Notes: generated by a model from the sequence alone, not told the origin. A DNA stretch of 64,000 nt from an uncultured delta proteobacterium (GCA_963789395.1 CAWBKP010000024.1:352001-416000), one strand, 5' to 3'; positions 41,732 to 53,086 are shown, counted from the first letter of the stretch. Program-made: numbers and translations.

Positions 41732-42887
41732 ATGGATTTTGAACTTACCAAATCACAGATCGAAATTCAGAAAGCGGCCAGGAATTTTGCCAAAGGTGAA
41801 TTTGACAAGGATCTTGCGCTTGAACTTGAGAAAAAACATGAATTTCCAACGAAAATATGGAAAAAAGCTGCTGAACTTGGTTTTATCGGCATTCACTTTG
41901 ATGAAAAATATTCCGGCCAGGGCCTTGGTGTCATAGAAAATATTATTGTTGCGGAAGAACTCTGCGCAAAAGATTCCACAATCGGAGCCGCCTTGATTCT
42001 TAGCAGGCTTTGCATCCGAATGCCTGCTGCGCTTTGCCAGTGAAGATCTCAAGCAAAAATTTCTGCCGCTTGTTGCCGAAGGCAAGACGCTTTCCGCAGG
42101 CGCATTCACGGAACCGGATCATGGTTCCGATATTACTTCCATGAACACCACTGCGGTTCGTGACGGCGACGAATGGGTCATTAACGGCACAAAAACCTTT
42201 ATCACCAATGGTTGCCTGGCAGGGTTTTTTACGGTTCTGTGCCAGACCGATCCCGATGCCAAGCCGACTTATCGGGGAATCAGCATGATTCTGGTTGAAG
42301 CGGATCGAAAAGGCGTTACTGCGACGGACATTGGCGATAAAATGGGCATTCATATGATGTCCACGGCAGAAGTCAATTTCAAGGACGTCCGGGTGCCGCT
42401 GAGCAATCTGGTTGGCGTTGAAGGCAAGGGATTCTATCAGGTTCTGGAGTTCTTCGACGAAAGCCGGATTCTGATTGCCGCTCAGGCCTTGGGAACGGCC
42501 CAGGGAGCCTTTGACAGAGCCCTTGCTTACGTGAAACAGCGCGAGCAATTCGGCAAAAAAATCGCCGATTTCCAGATTACCCAGCATAAACTGGCTGACA
42601 TGGCCACCAAAATCGAACTGGCCCGGCTGATCACCTACAAGGCTGCCTGGAATTACGACAAAGGCAACATCGATCCCAAACTGACATCAATGGCCAAGAT
42701 GTATGCAGCCCGAACGGCGGTTGAAGTGGCGGACGAGGCAATTCAGCTGCTGGGCGGATATGGATACATGGCGGAATACGAAGTCGAACGTTTTTATCGT
42801 GATGCCAAGATCACCGAACTCTATGAAGGCACCAAGGAGATTCAGAAAAATACCATTGCCAGTGCGGTACTGGGCAAATTCAAATAA
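41732..42887 (+). CDS. Acyl-CoA dehydrogenase (frameshift near 42005)
   Basis: FTEPDHGSD, NGTKTFITNG, REQFG, GGYGY, ELYEGTKEIQK. Confidence 0.92.
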
Positions 42888-42982
42888 GTACAGCCTATCG
42901 GCAAAGGTTACATGAACATCTTTGTGTAGCCCATTACCCATAGCCTCAATCCCCATAACCCATTTCTAAAAGGAGAACCGAT

Positions 42983-43279
42983 ATGATCGACTTCATTAAA
43001 AAAACCATGTTGACGGGTATTGGTCTGGCAATGAAAACCAAGGATGAACTGGAAGAATGGGTAAAGGAAATTGTAAAAAAAGGGGAAATGTCTGAAAATG
43101 AGGGCAAAAGTTTTTTGGACGATCTCAAGACTAAATCCAAGGAAGCGCAAAAAGATCTTGAGGAAAAGATTGAATCAAAATTCAAGGATCTGCTGAAAAA
43201 GGCGGATATTGCCACGCGCGACGAAGTCAATGAATTGAAAAATGAGATTGAAGAACTGAAAAAAACAATTTCAAAATGA
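42983..43279 (+). CDS. Phasin-like coiled-coil protein
   Basis: LTGIGL, VKKGEMS..EG, IATRDEV..L pattern; AAGGAG ribosome-binding site. Confidence 0.7.
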   Translation: MIDFIKKTMLTGIGLAMKTKDELEEWVKEIVKKGEMSENEGKSFLDDLKTKSKEAQKDLEEKIESKFKDLLKKADIATRDEVNELKNEIEELKKTISK

Positions 43280-43323
43280 TCCGCAAGTAACATTACCTGG
43301 TTTGTGACGGGAAAGGGCAGGGG

Positions 43324-45130
43324 ATGACCGATAAGTTCATCAGTATTCGTAATCTCAAGTTTCTGCTGTTTGAAGTGTTTGATGTGCTGTCGCTCTCCGA
43401 ATACCCTTATTTTTCTCAGCACAATCAAAAGATGTACGATCTGGTGCTGAATGCGGCCATGAAATTATCCACTCGGCTGCTGCATCCGATCTTTGAGGAG
43501 ATGGACCGGAACCCGCCTGAATTGGTTTCCGGGCAGGTGAAAGTCCATCCTGCGGTTGCCGGCATCATGAAAGAATTCGGACAAGGCGGATGGATCGGCG
43601 CAACATTTCCGGCCGCATCCGGCGGTGAGCAATTACCCGGTATGATCGCCAGTGCCTGTTTCATGATGTTTTTCGCCGCCAACTATTCGGCCGGCGTCTA
43701 TCCCGGGCTGACAACCGGTGCCGCCCGCCTGATCGACTCCTTTGGTAATGAGGCGCTAAAAAAAACCTTCCTGAACAACATGCTTTCCGGGAAATGGCAG
43801 GGCACCATGGCGCTGACCGAACCCCAGGCCGGCAGCTCGCTCAGCGATATCGCCACCACTGCCTTTCCCACGGATAATGGATATTACAAAATCCGCGGCC
43901 GCAAGACATTCATTTCCGCCGGCGATCACGACGGCGCTGAGAATATCGTTCATCTGATGCTGGCCCGGATCGATGGGGCGCCTGCCGGCGCCAGGGGCAT
44001 ATCCCTTTTTGTCGTTCCCAAAATGCGCCCGGATGCAAAAGGCAAACTGACTTCAAATGATATCACCGTTTCCCAGATTTTCCACAAAATGGGGTATCGG
44101 GGCGCTCCGATCGCTGAACTGAGTATCGGCGATAAAGACGACTGCCGGGGATATCTTCTGGGCGAGCCGCACCGGGGGCTGGCCTATATGTTCCAGATGA
44201 TGAACGAGGAGCGGATCGGTGTGGGGCTGGGAGCGGCAGCCATTGCCTCGGCCGCCTATCATGCGGCCCTGAATTACTGCAAACACAGATCCCAGGGCCG
44301 AAAACTGACGGAGAAAGACCCTGCATCCCCCCAGATCCCCATTATCGAACATGCCGATGTCAAGCGGATGCTGCTGTTTCAGCGTGCCGTGGTGGAAGGC
44401 GCATTTTCTCTGCTGATGCAGTGCAGTCGATACGAAGATATGATCCGGGCGGCGTTGCCTCAGGAAAAGAATCGTTACCGCCTCCTGCTGGAACTGCTCA
44501 CCCCCGTTGCCAAGACCTATGCATCGGAGATGGGCATTCTGTCAACCAGCCAGAGCATTCAGTGTTTCGGCGGATACGGATACTGCCAGGACTTTCCCGT
44601 GGAACAGCATTTTCGCGATATGCGCATTCACCCGATTCACGAGGGAACCACCGGCATTCAGGGCATGGATCTTCTGGGCAGAAAAGTCGTCATGGAAAAC
44701 GGCAAGGCATTTGCCTTGTTCCTGGAAGAAGTTCATCGCGCCATGGATTCTGCCCGGAAATTTCCCGCACTGCATGTCCATGGCCGATCGGTTGGAAACG
44801 GCCGTAAAGAAGCTTCAGGACGTCACCATTTCAACTTATCGGCCACTGGCGCATAAAGGGCCGGAAATCTTTCTGGCCGATGCCACCCTCTATCTGGAAT
44901 TTTTCGGGATCGTCACTGTCGCCTGGCAGTGGCTTCTTCAGGCCGTGTCAGTTAAAAAAGCGCAGGCAGGAGAACTTTCTGCCGCCGAATCTGATTTTTA
45001 TCAGGGGAAATTCTTTACCGCCCGGTACTTTTTCGCCTACGAACTGCCGAAAATCAGTGGGATGGCTCAGCGCCTGTCAGACGGCGACCCATTGACCGTT
45101 GAAATGCAGCCGGAGTATTTTTCAGACTGA
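43324..45130 (+). CDS. Long acyl-CoA dehydrogenase (frameshift near 44775)
   Basis: MALTEPQAGSSL, FQMMNEER, GGYGY, IHEGTTGIQGMDLLGRK. Confidence 0.92.
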
Positions 45131-45211
45131 AACCTGTTGCATTTCTGCCCAGTGAAATCCGGACAACGCCTTTAATCACATTCTCCACTATCCTTATAAA
45201 TCCAAAAAATA

Positions 45212-45341
45212 AGCCTCTTGCAAAACCCCTTCAACTGCTTCCTCCGTCATACCGGTAAAAGCCGGTATCCAGTGAATTTAAATGCTTCGTCACCCCGGTT
45301 TTCACCGGGGTGACGAACAGCGGTAATTATTGCAAGAGGCT
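45212..45341. mobile_element. 130-bp MITE/REP-like element
   Basis: Perfect 12-bp terminal inverted repeat AGCCTCTTGCAA/TTGCAAGAGGCT; internal perfect 14-bp stem at 45286-45317. Confidence 0.65.
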
Positions 45342-45561
45342 CAGATGGTAATTTAATGATTCTATTGTCTGGAGTTCTCTGTATCATGCCTCTTGACTAT
45401 GAAAGGAGTTCAATTTTCAGTCGCATCCGGAATGCATCCTTTCATTTCGTAATCATAGATGTTATTCCCGCCATAAATATGATAAAAACATCACAATCCG
45501 GTAGTCTGATTCCGTTCGGTACAGGAAACGGAACGTGCTTTTGACCATATGAAGGGATAGA

Positions 45562-46584
45562 ATGCATTCAGCAAAAGAAAGCGAATTGATCGGCAGCGAT
45601 GGCCGGCCACGTTTCGGCATTTTTGACGGACCCCTGACATCCTTCAATCTGGACGATTTCCGTCCTTACGGCACGAAAAATCGCGTTTTCTCCGCAAGGA
45701 AATGGATTTTACAGTACCGGATCAAGCGCTGGGAATATCTCGGCATCTGCAACAACGACATTATCTTCGGCGTGGCTGTCGTTCACCTTGGCTATATGTG
45801 CAACCTGTTTGCATACCTATTTGACCGCCGGAGTGCCCGGCTCAGCGAATATGATATTCTCGTGCCTGGTGGATGCGCCGCAATTTTCGAAGGATCGTCC
45901 CTGACAGGGGCCGTCACGTTCAAAAGCGGAAAAACAGAGGTCCGGATAACAAATGACCCTGCAACCGTAACTGTCGAGGGGTCCATCAAGGGAGAGCTCT
46001 CCGTCAGTCTTTTTTTTCAAAAATATGCGAAACCCCTGGTATGCCTGACCCGAACCGGCCTGAAAGGCTTTAATTACACCCACAAGGAAGCCGGCATTCC
46101 GGTTCGGGGGAAGATTCGCCACAAGAGAATGTCATGGGATATTCACGAAGCGCAGTCCTTCGGTGTCCGGGACTATACGCTGGGCTATCTGGCACGTCAT
46201 ACGTTCTGGAACTGGGCCTCCGGAGGCGGTATTGACGGGGAAGGGAACCGCGTCGGTTTCAATCTGGTTCAAGGGGTCAATGAAACTGGCTTTACGGAAA
46301 ACGCTTTCTGGGTCAACGGACGGTTTTTCAAGACCGATGCCGTGGATTTCCAATATGACGATCTGGAGCTGATGCAGCCCTGGCGCATTGAATCGAACGA
46401 CGGCAGGGTCCGGCTCCGGTTCCAGCCGGAGGGCAAACGATCGGCAAATGTGAATGGCGGTCTTATCGTCAGCAAGTTTCACCAGCCGTTTGGCCGGTTT
46501 GAAGGGACGTTGCGGGACGGGGATCTGCTCTGGGAACTGCAGGACGTCTCCGGCTTTGTGGAAGAGCACTACGCCAAGTGGTAA
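45562..46584 (+). CDS. DUF2804 family protein
   Basis: KRWEY, YTHK, TFWNWAS, TENAFWVNG, FHQPFGRF.G, EEHYAKW. Confidence 0.75.
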   Translation: MHSAKESELIGSDGRPRFGIFDGPLTSFNLDDFRPYGTKNRVFSARKWILQYRIKRWEYLGICNNDIIFGVAVVHLGYMCNLFAYLFDRRSARLSEYDILVPGGCAAIFEGSSLTGAVTFKSGKTEVRITNDPATVTVEGSIKGELSVSLFFQKYAKPLVCLTRTGLKGFNYTHKEAGIPVRGKIRHKRMSWDIHEAQSFGVRDYTLGYLARHTFWNWASGGGIDGEGNRVGFNLVQGVNETGFTENAFWVNGRFFKTDAVDFQYDDLELMQPWRIESNDGRVRLRFQPEGKRSANVNGGLIVSKFHQPFGRFEGTLRDGDLLWELQDVSGFVEEHYAKW

Positions 46585-46620
46585 TACAGCGCGGTTGAGA
46601 AAGTGGCGGAGAACATATCG

Positions 46621-47544
46621 ATGAATCGCAGGGATATCGTGCTGGCGCTATTGGTGGTTACCATCTGGGGTGCTACGTTTACGGTCATCAGGCTCGGACT
46701 TGATGGCGTGCCGCCGATGCTGCTGGTGGCGTTTCGTTTTGTTTTCGCCCTGCTGCCTGCTATATTCTTCGTGCGGCGTCCGGCAGTGAGTGCGGGGTAT
46801 TGGATTGGTTACGGGCTCACGGTCGGAGTCGGCCAGTTTGGATGCGTGTTCTATGCAATGCACATGGGGATGCCTGCAGGCGTGACATCTGTGGTCATTC
46901 AGTCGCAGGCATTTTTTACCGCTGTCTTTGCGGCAATATTCCTGCGGGAATCGATAACACGCTCTCAGGTTGCAGGCCTATGCATTGCAGCTTCGGGTCT
47001 GTATCTCGTGGGGCAGGGCAACGTCGGTACAAGCCTTTTTGCAATCCCTCCGGTTGCCATATTGCTGACCCTTGCCAGCGCCGCATTCTGGGGCGGATCA
47101 AATATTGTTGTCCGGATGGCAACGGCTTCCGCAGCCTCTCAAGGCAACCGGCTTGATGTACTGAGCCTGGTTGTCTGGTCCAGTCTGGTACCGCCGGTTC
47201 CGCTTTTCCTGCTCGCACTCGTGCTGGATTCACCGGAAACCGTTTTTAAGGCGATTTCATCCTTGAACGGCATTTCGATTTTTTCGATCCTGTTTCTTGC
47301 CTTTGGGGCCACGTTGTTTGGTTTTGGCGCATGGAGCAAGTTGCTGTCACGGCACCCGGCAAATCGGGTAGCGCCCCTATCGCTGCTTGTCCCGGTTACA
47401 GGGCTTCTGACTGCCAGCCTTGTTCTTGGTGAACAGCTGTCGATACTCCAATGGAGCGGGTGTATCTCCGTGATTTTGGGATTACTCGTATCCACGTTCG
47501 GATTGCAGAGATTTCGACTATTGATGCCGGATGCGGAGAGATAG
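46621..47544 (+). CDS. EamA/DMT family exporter
   Basis: About 10 TM segments, IWGATF, VIQSQAFFT, VAPLSLLVPV. Confidence 0.88.
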   Translation: MNRRDIVLALLVVTIWGATFTVIRLGLDGVPPMLLVAFRFVFALLPAIFFVRRPAVSAGYWIGYGLTVGVGQFGCVFYAMHMGMPAGVTSVVIQSQAFFTAVFAAIFLRESITRSQVAGLCIAASGLYLVGQGNVGTSLFAIPPVAILLTLASAAFWGGSNIVVRMATASAASQGNRLDVLSLVVWSSLVPPVPLFLLALVLDSPETVFKAISSLNGISIFSILFLAFGATLFGFGAWSKLLSRHPANRVAPLSLLVPVTGLLTASLVLGEQLSILQWSGCISVILGLLVSTFGLQRFRLLMPDAER

Positions 47545-47598
47545 ACCATGGCCTGCAGTGAAATGAGTTAGTGATGAAATATGGGATGGAGCAGTTTT

Positions 47599-48088
47599 AT
47601 GGGATCAGAACTTAGAGACAGTGCAAAACGTGTGCAGGATTTTCTTCTTTCCAGGGGCTTTTCTGTTAAGGTTAAAGAACTGCCTGGCTCGGCAAGGACG
47701 GCAAAGGAGGCTGCCGACAGTATCGGTTGTTCCGTTTCTCAAATCGCTAAATCCCTTGTGTTCAGAGAGAAGACAACCGATCGTCCGGTTCTTGTCGTTG
47801 CATCCGGCTCAAATCGCGTAGATGCCAAGAAAATTGAAAAAACGACGGGCTTGAAACTTGGCAGGGCGGATGGAAAGTATGTAAAAGAAAGAGTCGGGTT
47901 TGCAATCGGTGGCATTCCGCCGGTAGGCCATAATGAGCCGCTGGAAACCATACTGGATCCGGACCTGAAGAAATATAGCATCATCTGGGCTGCGGCAGGC
48001 ACCCCTTTCGCCGTTTTTCCGATGAAACCGGCTGATCTGGAACCGCTTACTAATGGGGAGGTGGGTTGATTTATCAGAAGAGATATAA
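47599..48088 (+). CDS. YbaK/EbsC aminoacyl-tRNA editing domain protein (probable frameshift at the 3' end)
   Basis: QIAKSLVF, GGIPPVGH, WAAAG. Confidence 0.88.
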
Positions 48089-48231
48089 TCAATACCGATA
48101 TTGGAACCGGCGGACAAGGCCAAGTCGTTTCCACTGGCCGATATTGATGCGTGAAATTGGAATCAGTGGAATCGCTCAGCGAATAAACAGCAAATTAAAT
48201 GGCTCAGGAGACATAAATCAATAATCCACTC

Positions 48232-48615
48232 ATGCAATTAATGGGAAAGTATCAAAGAGGAAACAAACCAGCATTTCTTATGGGTCCTTTTTTGCCTCTG
48301 GCATGCATCAAGGAAAGGGGCCTGCAGTTCAATGATATTCTGAAGGATTCCCAATCCATGATAGAAACCGCCATGATGAGCTTTGATTTCGGATTTGAAT
48401 CCACGATGCTGCCGTTTGACCTGAATGTGGAAGCTGAAATACTTGGTGCCGGGGTTCGATATCACGAGGGATTCGAAGGGCATCCGGTTTACCCGACAAT
48501 CACCTGACAGGCCCGTTGCTACTGCTGACGATATCGAAATACCGGAGGACCTGGCAGAAAAAGGACGATTGCCGGTCATCCTGAAAACTATTCGATCGAT
48601 TCAGGATCTCGCTCA
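48232..48615 (+). pseudogene. N-terminal fragment of a uroporphyrinogen-decarboxylase-family (MtaA/CmuA-like) protein
   Basis: LPFDLNVEAEILG and IPEDLAEKGRLPVIL, then abrupt loss of the frame after about 125 codons. Confidence 0.6.
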
Positions 48616-48981
48616 AGGCGCGAATATGATGGACCCACTTGCACAAAATAAATATAAAATTTCCCCAGCGACGTCAGTCAATTTCTTATCGACAATTTCG
48701 AAAACAAAAGTTTTTTGACCTATTAATCTGAAGACCTGGACACAATAAACAGCGAATTTGCGCACTCCTTCCAAAAAGACGCGATAAATGGAGTGTCCTT
48801 CTTCCCAGCTGTATCCTTTAATATGGGCGGACTCAACAATATATGAAAGCATGACTTTTAGTTTCAGTGAAAATCTATAAAATATCCGTTAAATTTAAGC
48901 TCAGGAAGGTTAACAAGAATTTTCTTCCAGCCCCAATATCCTGTCCCCTGTCGTGCTTTTTTTACTCAAAGGAACGATCAA

Positions 48982-49488
48982 ATGACGCGGGTGAAAACAA
49001 AAATCAGCTGGTCGTCCATGATATCGCGGGGAGGAGTGTTCTCACTCGGTTGGTGGATTCTTACCGATGGCGCTGCGTCGTCCTGGGGGGTCGGCGTGCC
49101 TGCGGTTTTACTGGCGGTTGTTTCCAGTATCACACTACTGCCGCCAGTACCTTTGGTCTGGTCTGAACTTCTGAGATTCGTGCCCTTTTTCCTCCAGCGT
49201 TCCTTACTCGGTGGAACAGATGTGGCTTGGCGTGCTTTTCATCCCGGCATGCCCATCGACCCAGAACTCATTGAATACCCACTGCGGCTAACGCCTGGAT
49301 TGCCACGGGCGTTTATGGTCAACACGGTCAGTATGTTGCCAGGCACATTGAGTGTTGCACTTGATAAGAGCGTCTTGAAAGTGCATGTACTGGACAGACG
49401 AAAAGGGTTTATAGCAGACCTCGAGGCGGTGGAACATTGGGTGGCCAGGATGTTCGGCACACCCCTGAAGCTTTCCAAAGGAGGTTAA
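48982..49488 (+). CDS. mrpE: Na+/H+ antiporter subunit E (MrpE/MnhE)
   Basis: DVAWR, SMLPGTLSV, VHVLD. Confidence 0.88.
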   Translation: MTRVKTKISWSSMISRGGVFSLGWWILTDGAASSWGVGVPAVLLAVVSSITLLPPVPLVWSELLRFVPFFLQRSLLGGTDVAWRAFHPGMPIDPELIEYPLRLTPGLPRAFMVNTVSMLPGTLSVALDKSVLKVHVLDRRKGFIADLEAVEHWVARMFGTPLKLSKGG

Positions 49489-49492
49489 TACT

Positions 49493-49640
49493 ATGGAGCC
49501 ATTTAAGGATATTCGTTGCGTGGTCGAACCCGTGGAGGCATGTAAACCGGCACTGGAACGCGCCGCTACGCTGGCGAAAAACAACCATGCCTGTCTTACT
49601 GTCGTCAGTGTGATCGATCGTGTCGCCGGTGTTCCGTGCT
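49493..49640 (+). pseudogene. Universal stress protein N-terminal remnant
   Basis: FKDIRCVV...KPALERAATLAKNNHACLTVVSV with a strong ribosome-binding site, then unrelated sequence. Confidence 0.6.
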
Positions 49641-49695
49641 CGCGATCAAGCCGCCCGGCTTCGCAACGCCGGTCGCACTGGCGGGTTGAGTTCTC

Positions 49696-49974
49696 ATGAA
49701 GATTCTTTACCTCGCATTGGCGTTGTTTCTCCTGCTGAACCTTGGCGCCGGGATGTGGCGCGTGCTTCGCGGTCCGACCGCTGCGGATCGTATGCTGGCT
49801 GCGCAGCTGTTTGGAACCACTGCGGTGGCCATGCTCCTGATACTCGCGCAAGCATACGGCAATGGAGCCCTGCGGGATGTGGCGCTGGTGTTTGCCCTGC
49901 TGGCTGCGGTGACGTCAGTGTCTTTCGTGCGGCGGTCCTGGCCGGGCCAGGAGGCAGGCCATGATTCTGAGTGA
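49696..49974 (+). CDS. mrpF: Antiporter subunit F
   Basis: RGPTAADRMLA, DVALVFALL. Confidence 0.9.
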   Translation: MKILYLALALFLLLNLGAGMWRVLRGPTAADRMLAAQLFGTTAVAMLLILAQAYGNGALRDVALVFALLAAVTSVSFVRRSWPGQEAGHDSE

Positions 49975-50260
49975 TTACCTGTCCGTTGCACTGCTGCTCG
50001 CGGGGGCCGTCTTTTTTCTGGCCGGCACCCTGGGCCTATTGCGTTTTCCAGATGTCTACACCCGGCTTCACGCACTGACCAAGGCTGATAATCTAGGGCT
50101 GGGCCTGATGGTGGGAGGGCTGATCCTGCAGGCGGAATCATGGGCCGTGGCGGGCAAGTTGTTACTGATCTGGTTGCTGGTTCTACTCGCCGGGGCCAGC
50201 GTTGCCCATTTGGTTGCCGCCGGGGCGTTGAAAAGGGGGATTCGCTTGTGGAAGCGGTAA
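49961..50260 (+). CDS. mrpG: Antiporter subunit G
   Basis: GLLRFPDVYTRLHALTKAD. Confidence 0.92.
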   Translation: MILSDYLSVALLLAGAVFFLAGTLGLLRFPDVYTRLHALTKADNLGLGLMVGGLILQAESWAVAGKLLLIWLLVLLAGASVAHLVAAGALKRGIRLWKR

Positions 50261-50586
50261 CGCTGTTGGAGTGGCTGTTCGATGGCTTATTGGGATTTGG
50301 ATTGGTGTGGCTGTCCTGGCGAGCTATGACTCGCTTGAATCTGTTCAAGGCCATTGTGTTGTTCATCGCCTTTGGCCTGCTGATGTCATTGGCATGGGTG
50401 CGCCTGGGTGCGACGGACGTGGCCCTGGCCGAAGCGGCTATCGGCGCCGGTTTAACCGGTGCCCTGCTGATGGCCGCCTTGGCGAAACTCCAGGATGCCA
50501 GCATCGTTGCGTCTAACGACGATGATGATCAGTCACACATTCACAATGTTTCCAATGACGACTCTAAGAAAGGAACTGGCCAATGA
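50248..50586 (+). CDS. DUF4040 / MbhD-like antiporter subunit
   Basis: ATDVALAEAAIGAGL. Confidence 0.85.
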   Translation: MEAVTLLEWLFDGLLGFGLVWLSWRAMTRLNLFKAIVLFIAFGLLMSLAWVRLGATDVALAEAAIGAGLTGALLMAALAKLQDASIVASNDDDDQSHIHNVSNDDSKKGTGQ

Positions 50587-50649
50587 TCGATCTGGGTTGG
50601 ATTCTGATTCGGGACGCGATGAAGCCACCGAAAATCCCGGAGGCCTGAT

Positions 50650-51303
50650 ATGGATTGGCATCGTTGGCTACTGTTGCCGCTGCTGCTGGCACTCGCCGTG
50701 GGTCTCGGTTATGCCGTGCTCTCTTTGCCTGACCATGCTGCAGGTCTTCAGCAAATGGTGGCCGGCAAAATGGCGGTAAGCGGCGTAAGCAATCCGGTGA
50801 CCGCAGTGCTGCTTAACTTCCGGGGATACGACACGTTGCTCGAGATGGTCGTGTTGTTTGTGGCGCTGCTGGGGGTTTGGTCACTTGGTGGCGAAACTTT
50901 TTGCTGCGAGACCGCACCAAGCCTTGTGCTGGATACCCTGGTGCGTCTGTTGGTGCCTGTGTTGATCCTGGTGGCCGGATATCTTCTGTGGGTCGGTGCC
51001 CATGCGCCCGGCGGTGCTTTTCAGTCGGGTTCGGTGATAGGTGCGTCAGGGGTGCTGCTGCTGTTGGCCGACAGACGCCTGCCCAGCGGTCTGGCGGCAC
51101 TGCCTCTGCGGCTCGCTCTGGTGGCTGGCCCGGGTGCCTTCTTGGCAGTTGCTGTACTCACGATACTGATTGGCGGGCAGTTGCTGGAATATCCTTCGGC
51201 GCAGGCGGGCACCCTAATCCTGGTTCTTGAGGTCGCAGCGACCCTCTCCATCGGCGTGACGTTAGCCGCCCTGTTTTTTGGGGGAGTGCCCCCAAAACAA
51301 TAA
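50650..51303 (+). CDS. mrpB: Antiporter subunit B (MrpB, MbhE/F-like)
   Basis: NPVTAVLLNFRGYDTLLE, HAPGGAFQ. Confidence 0.88.
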   Translation: MDWHRWLLLPLLLALAVGLGYAVLSLPDHAAGLQQMVAGKMAVSGVSNPVTAVLLNFRGYDTLLEMVVLFVALLGVWSLGGETFCCETAPSLVLDTLVRLLVPVLILVAGYLLWVGAHAPGGAFQSGSVIGASGVLLLLADRRLPSGLAALPLRLALVAGPGAFLAVAVLTILIGGQLLEYPSAQAGTLILVLEVAATLSIGVTLAALFFGGVPPKQ

Positions 51304-51312
51304 GGAGTGCAA

Positions 51313-51620
51313 ATGAGCACAGCATATTTTTATGCCCTCGTGGGAGTGGGGCTTTTCACCCTGGGGCTCTACGCCCTGATCGTTCACGCGCACCTGCTGC
51401 GCAAAATTCTGGCGATTAACGTGTTGGGAAACGGGGTTTTCCTGGTGCTGGTAGCTTGGCTCAGCGTGCCGGTGACAATCTGTCGGATGTTGTGCCCCAG
51501 GCCATGGTCATCACCGGCATCGTGGTTGCCGTCTCGGCCACGGCCCTGGCCCTCACCTTGATGTTGAAATTAACTGCTGAAACCGGACTCGCCGAGCTTT
51601 CTGATGATGGGCGAGAGTAA
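51313..51620 (+). CDS. mrpC: Antiporter subunit C (frameshift near 51455)
   Basis: LLRKILAIN, VPQAMVITGIVV. Confidence 0.88.
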
Positions 51621-51625
51621 CGTCG

Positions 51626-53086
51626 ATGGCCGAAGTGTTCGCGGATATTCCCTGGGCTGTCGCCTTGATCCTGCTGCCGCTGGCAGGCGGGATGATCTGC
51701 TTTCTTTGGCCAGGTATGGCAAAGATTGCGGGATTGGTTACGGCCTTTGCCGTAGCCCTGTCGGTCATCGGTCTGGGCTGGCAAATCCATGCTGCCGGCA
51801 TCTATCGTCACAACGTGGGCGGCTGGGGCGCGCCGCTCGGCATTGATCTGTATGCCGATGGGCTGAGTCTGTTGATGCTCGCAGCAACTGCAGCGGTGGG
51901 GCTCGGCGTCAGCGTTTATTCCGCTGGTTATTTTCAGGGCAAATATTCGGCCAGGTTCTGGCCGCTTTGGTTGTTTCTGTTGGCCGCACTGAATGCCCTG
52001 TTTCTCTCCGCCGATATTTTCAACTTGTACGTCACCCTGGAACTGGTCGGTTTGGTGGCGGTCGCGATGGCGGCCTTACCGGGCGGCAGGAATGCATTGA
52101 GCGGGGCTATGCGTTATCTGCTGGCGACGCTGCTCGGATCGTTCTCTTACCTGTTTGGCGTCGCGCTGCTCTATCATCGCTTCGGCAGCGTGGACATAGC
52201 GATGCTTGCCGTGCGGGTCGAGCCCTGCCCGGCGGTCTGGGCGGCGCTGGGGCTGATGGGGGGCGGGCTATTGCTCAAAACGGCGCTGTTTCCGTTGCAT
52301 TTCTGGCTTCCGCCCGCCCATGCCAGTGCCCCTGCGCCTGTGAGTGCGCTGCTCTCGGCGCTGGTGGTAAAAACCTCTTTTTATATCCTGCTGCGATTGT
52401 GGCTCACGATCTTCGGCCCTATCGGTGGTGACGTTGATGCACTGTTCGGCCTGCTCGGCGCCGCGGCCGTGCTTTGGGGCTCCTTACAGGCCTTGCGTCA
52501 GACCCGGTTGAAGCTGCTGGTGGCCTATTCCACCGTTGCCCAGATTGGCTACCTGTTTCTGGCATTTCCGCTTGCCGCAGCCGCCGGTGTTACCGCTTGG
52601 AGCGCGGCCGCTTACTTGGCGGTTTCCCACGCCCTGGCTAAGGCGGCCATGTTTCTGGCGGCCGGCAATCTGTTGCACTTCAGCGGCCATGATCGCATCG
52701 CCGATCTGGATCGGGTGGTGCAGCGCTTGCCGCTTACCGCCGGTGCCTTCGCACTGGCCGGGGTGAGCATCATGGGACTACCGCCGAGCGGAGGCTTTAT
52801 CGGCAAGTGGCTGCTGCTTAAAGCGTCACTGGCAAAGGGACGATGGGATTTCGCGGCGGTCATGATCCTCGGCGGTTTACTGGCGGCGGGTTATGTTTTC
52901 AAGGTGTTGGGATGCGCCTTCACCCAGGCTACCGTGTCGCACGAGTCGAGAACGGTTCCTGCCTGTATGGAATGGGCGGCGCTGTTGCTCGCTATCCTAG
53001 CTGTGCTGCTGGGGTTTCTGGCAGTCCCGATCTTGTCGCTTGTTGGCATCGGCGACCCGTTCGGCGCCAGCGGGGTCAGACCATGA
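51626..53086 (+). CDS. mrpD: Antiporter MrpD-like subunit (1)
   Basis: GGWGAPLGI...D, DIFNLYVTLE, KTALFPLHFWLP.AH. Confidence 0.88.
   Translation: MAEVFADIPWAVALILLPLAGGMICFLWPGMAKIAGLVTAFAVALSVIGLGWQIHAAGIYRHNVGGWGAPLGIDLYADGLSLLMLAATAAVGLGVSVYSAGYFQGKYSARFWPLWLFLLAALNALFLSADIFNLYVTLELVGLVAVAMAALPGGRNALSGAMRYLLATLLGSFSYLFGVALLYHRFGSVDIAMLAVRVEPCPAVWAALGLMGGGLLLKTALFPLHFWLPPAHASAPAPVSALLSALVVKTSFYILLRLWLTIFGPIGGDVDALFGLLGAAAVLWGSLQALRQTRLKLLVAYSTVAQIGYLFLAFPLAAAAGVTAWSAAAYLAVSHALAKAAMFLAAGNLLHFSGHDRIADLDRVVQRLPLTAGAFALAGVSIMGLPPSGGFIGKWLLLKASLAKGRWDFAAVMILGGLLAAGYVFKVLGCAFTQATVSHESRTVPACMEWAALLLAILAVLLGFLAVPILSLVGIGDPFGASGVRP

Noticed and set aside
48613..48852. Short minus-strand ORF with VESAHIK, superficially HNH-like
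   Set aside because: No downstream N/H or Cys motif; too little evidence
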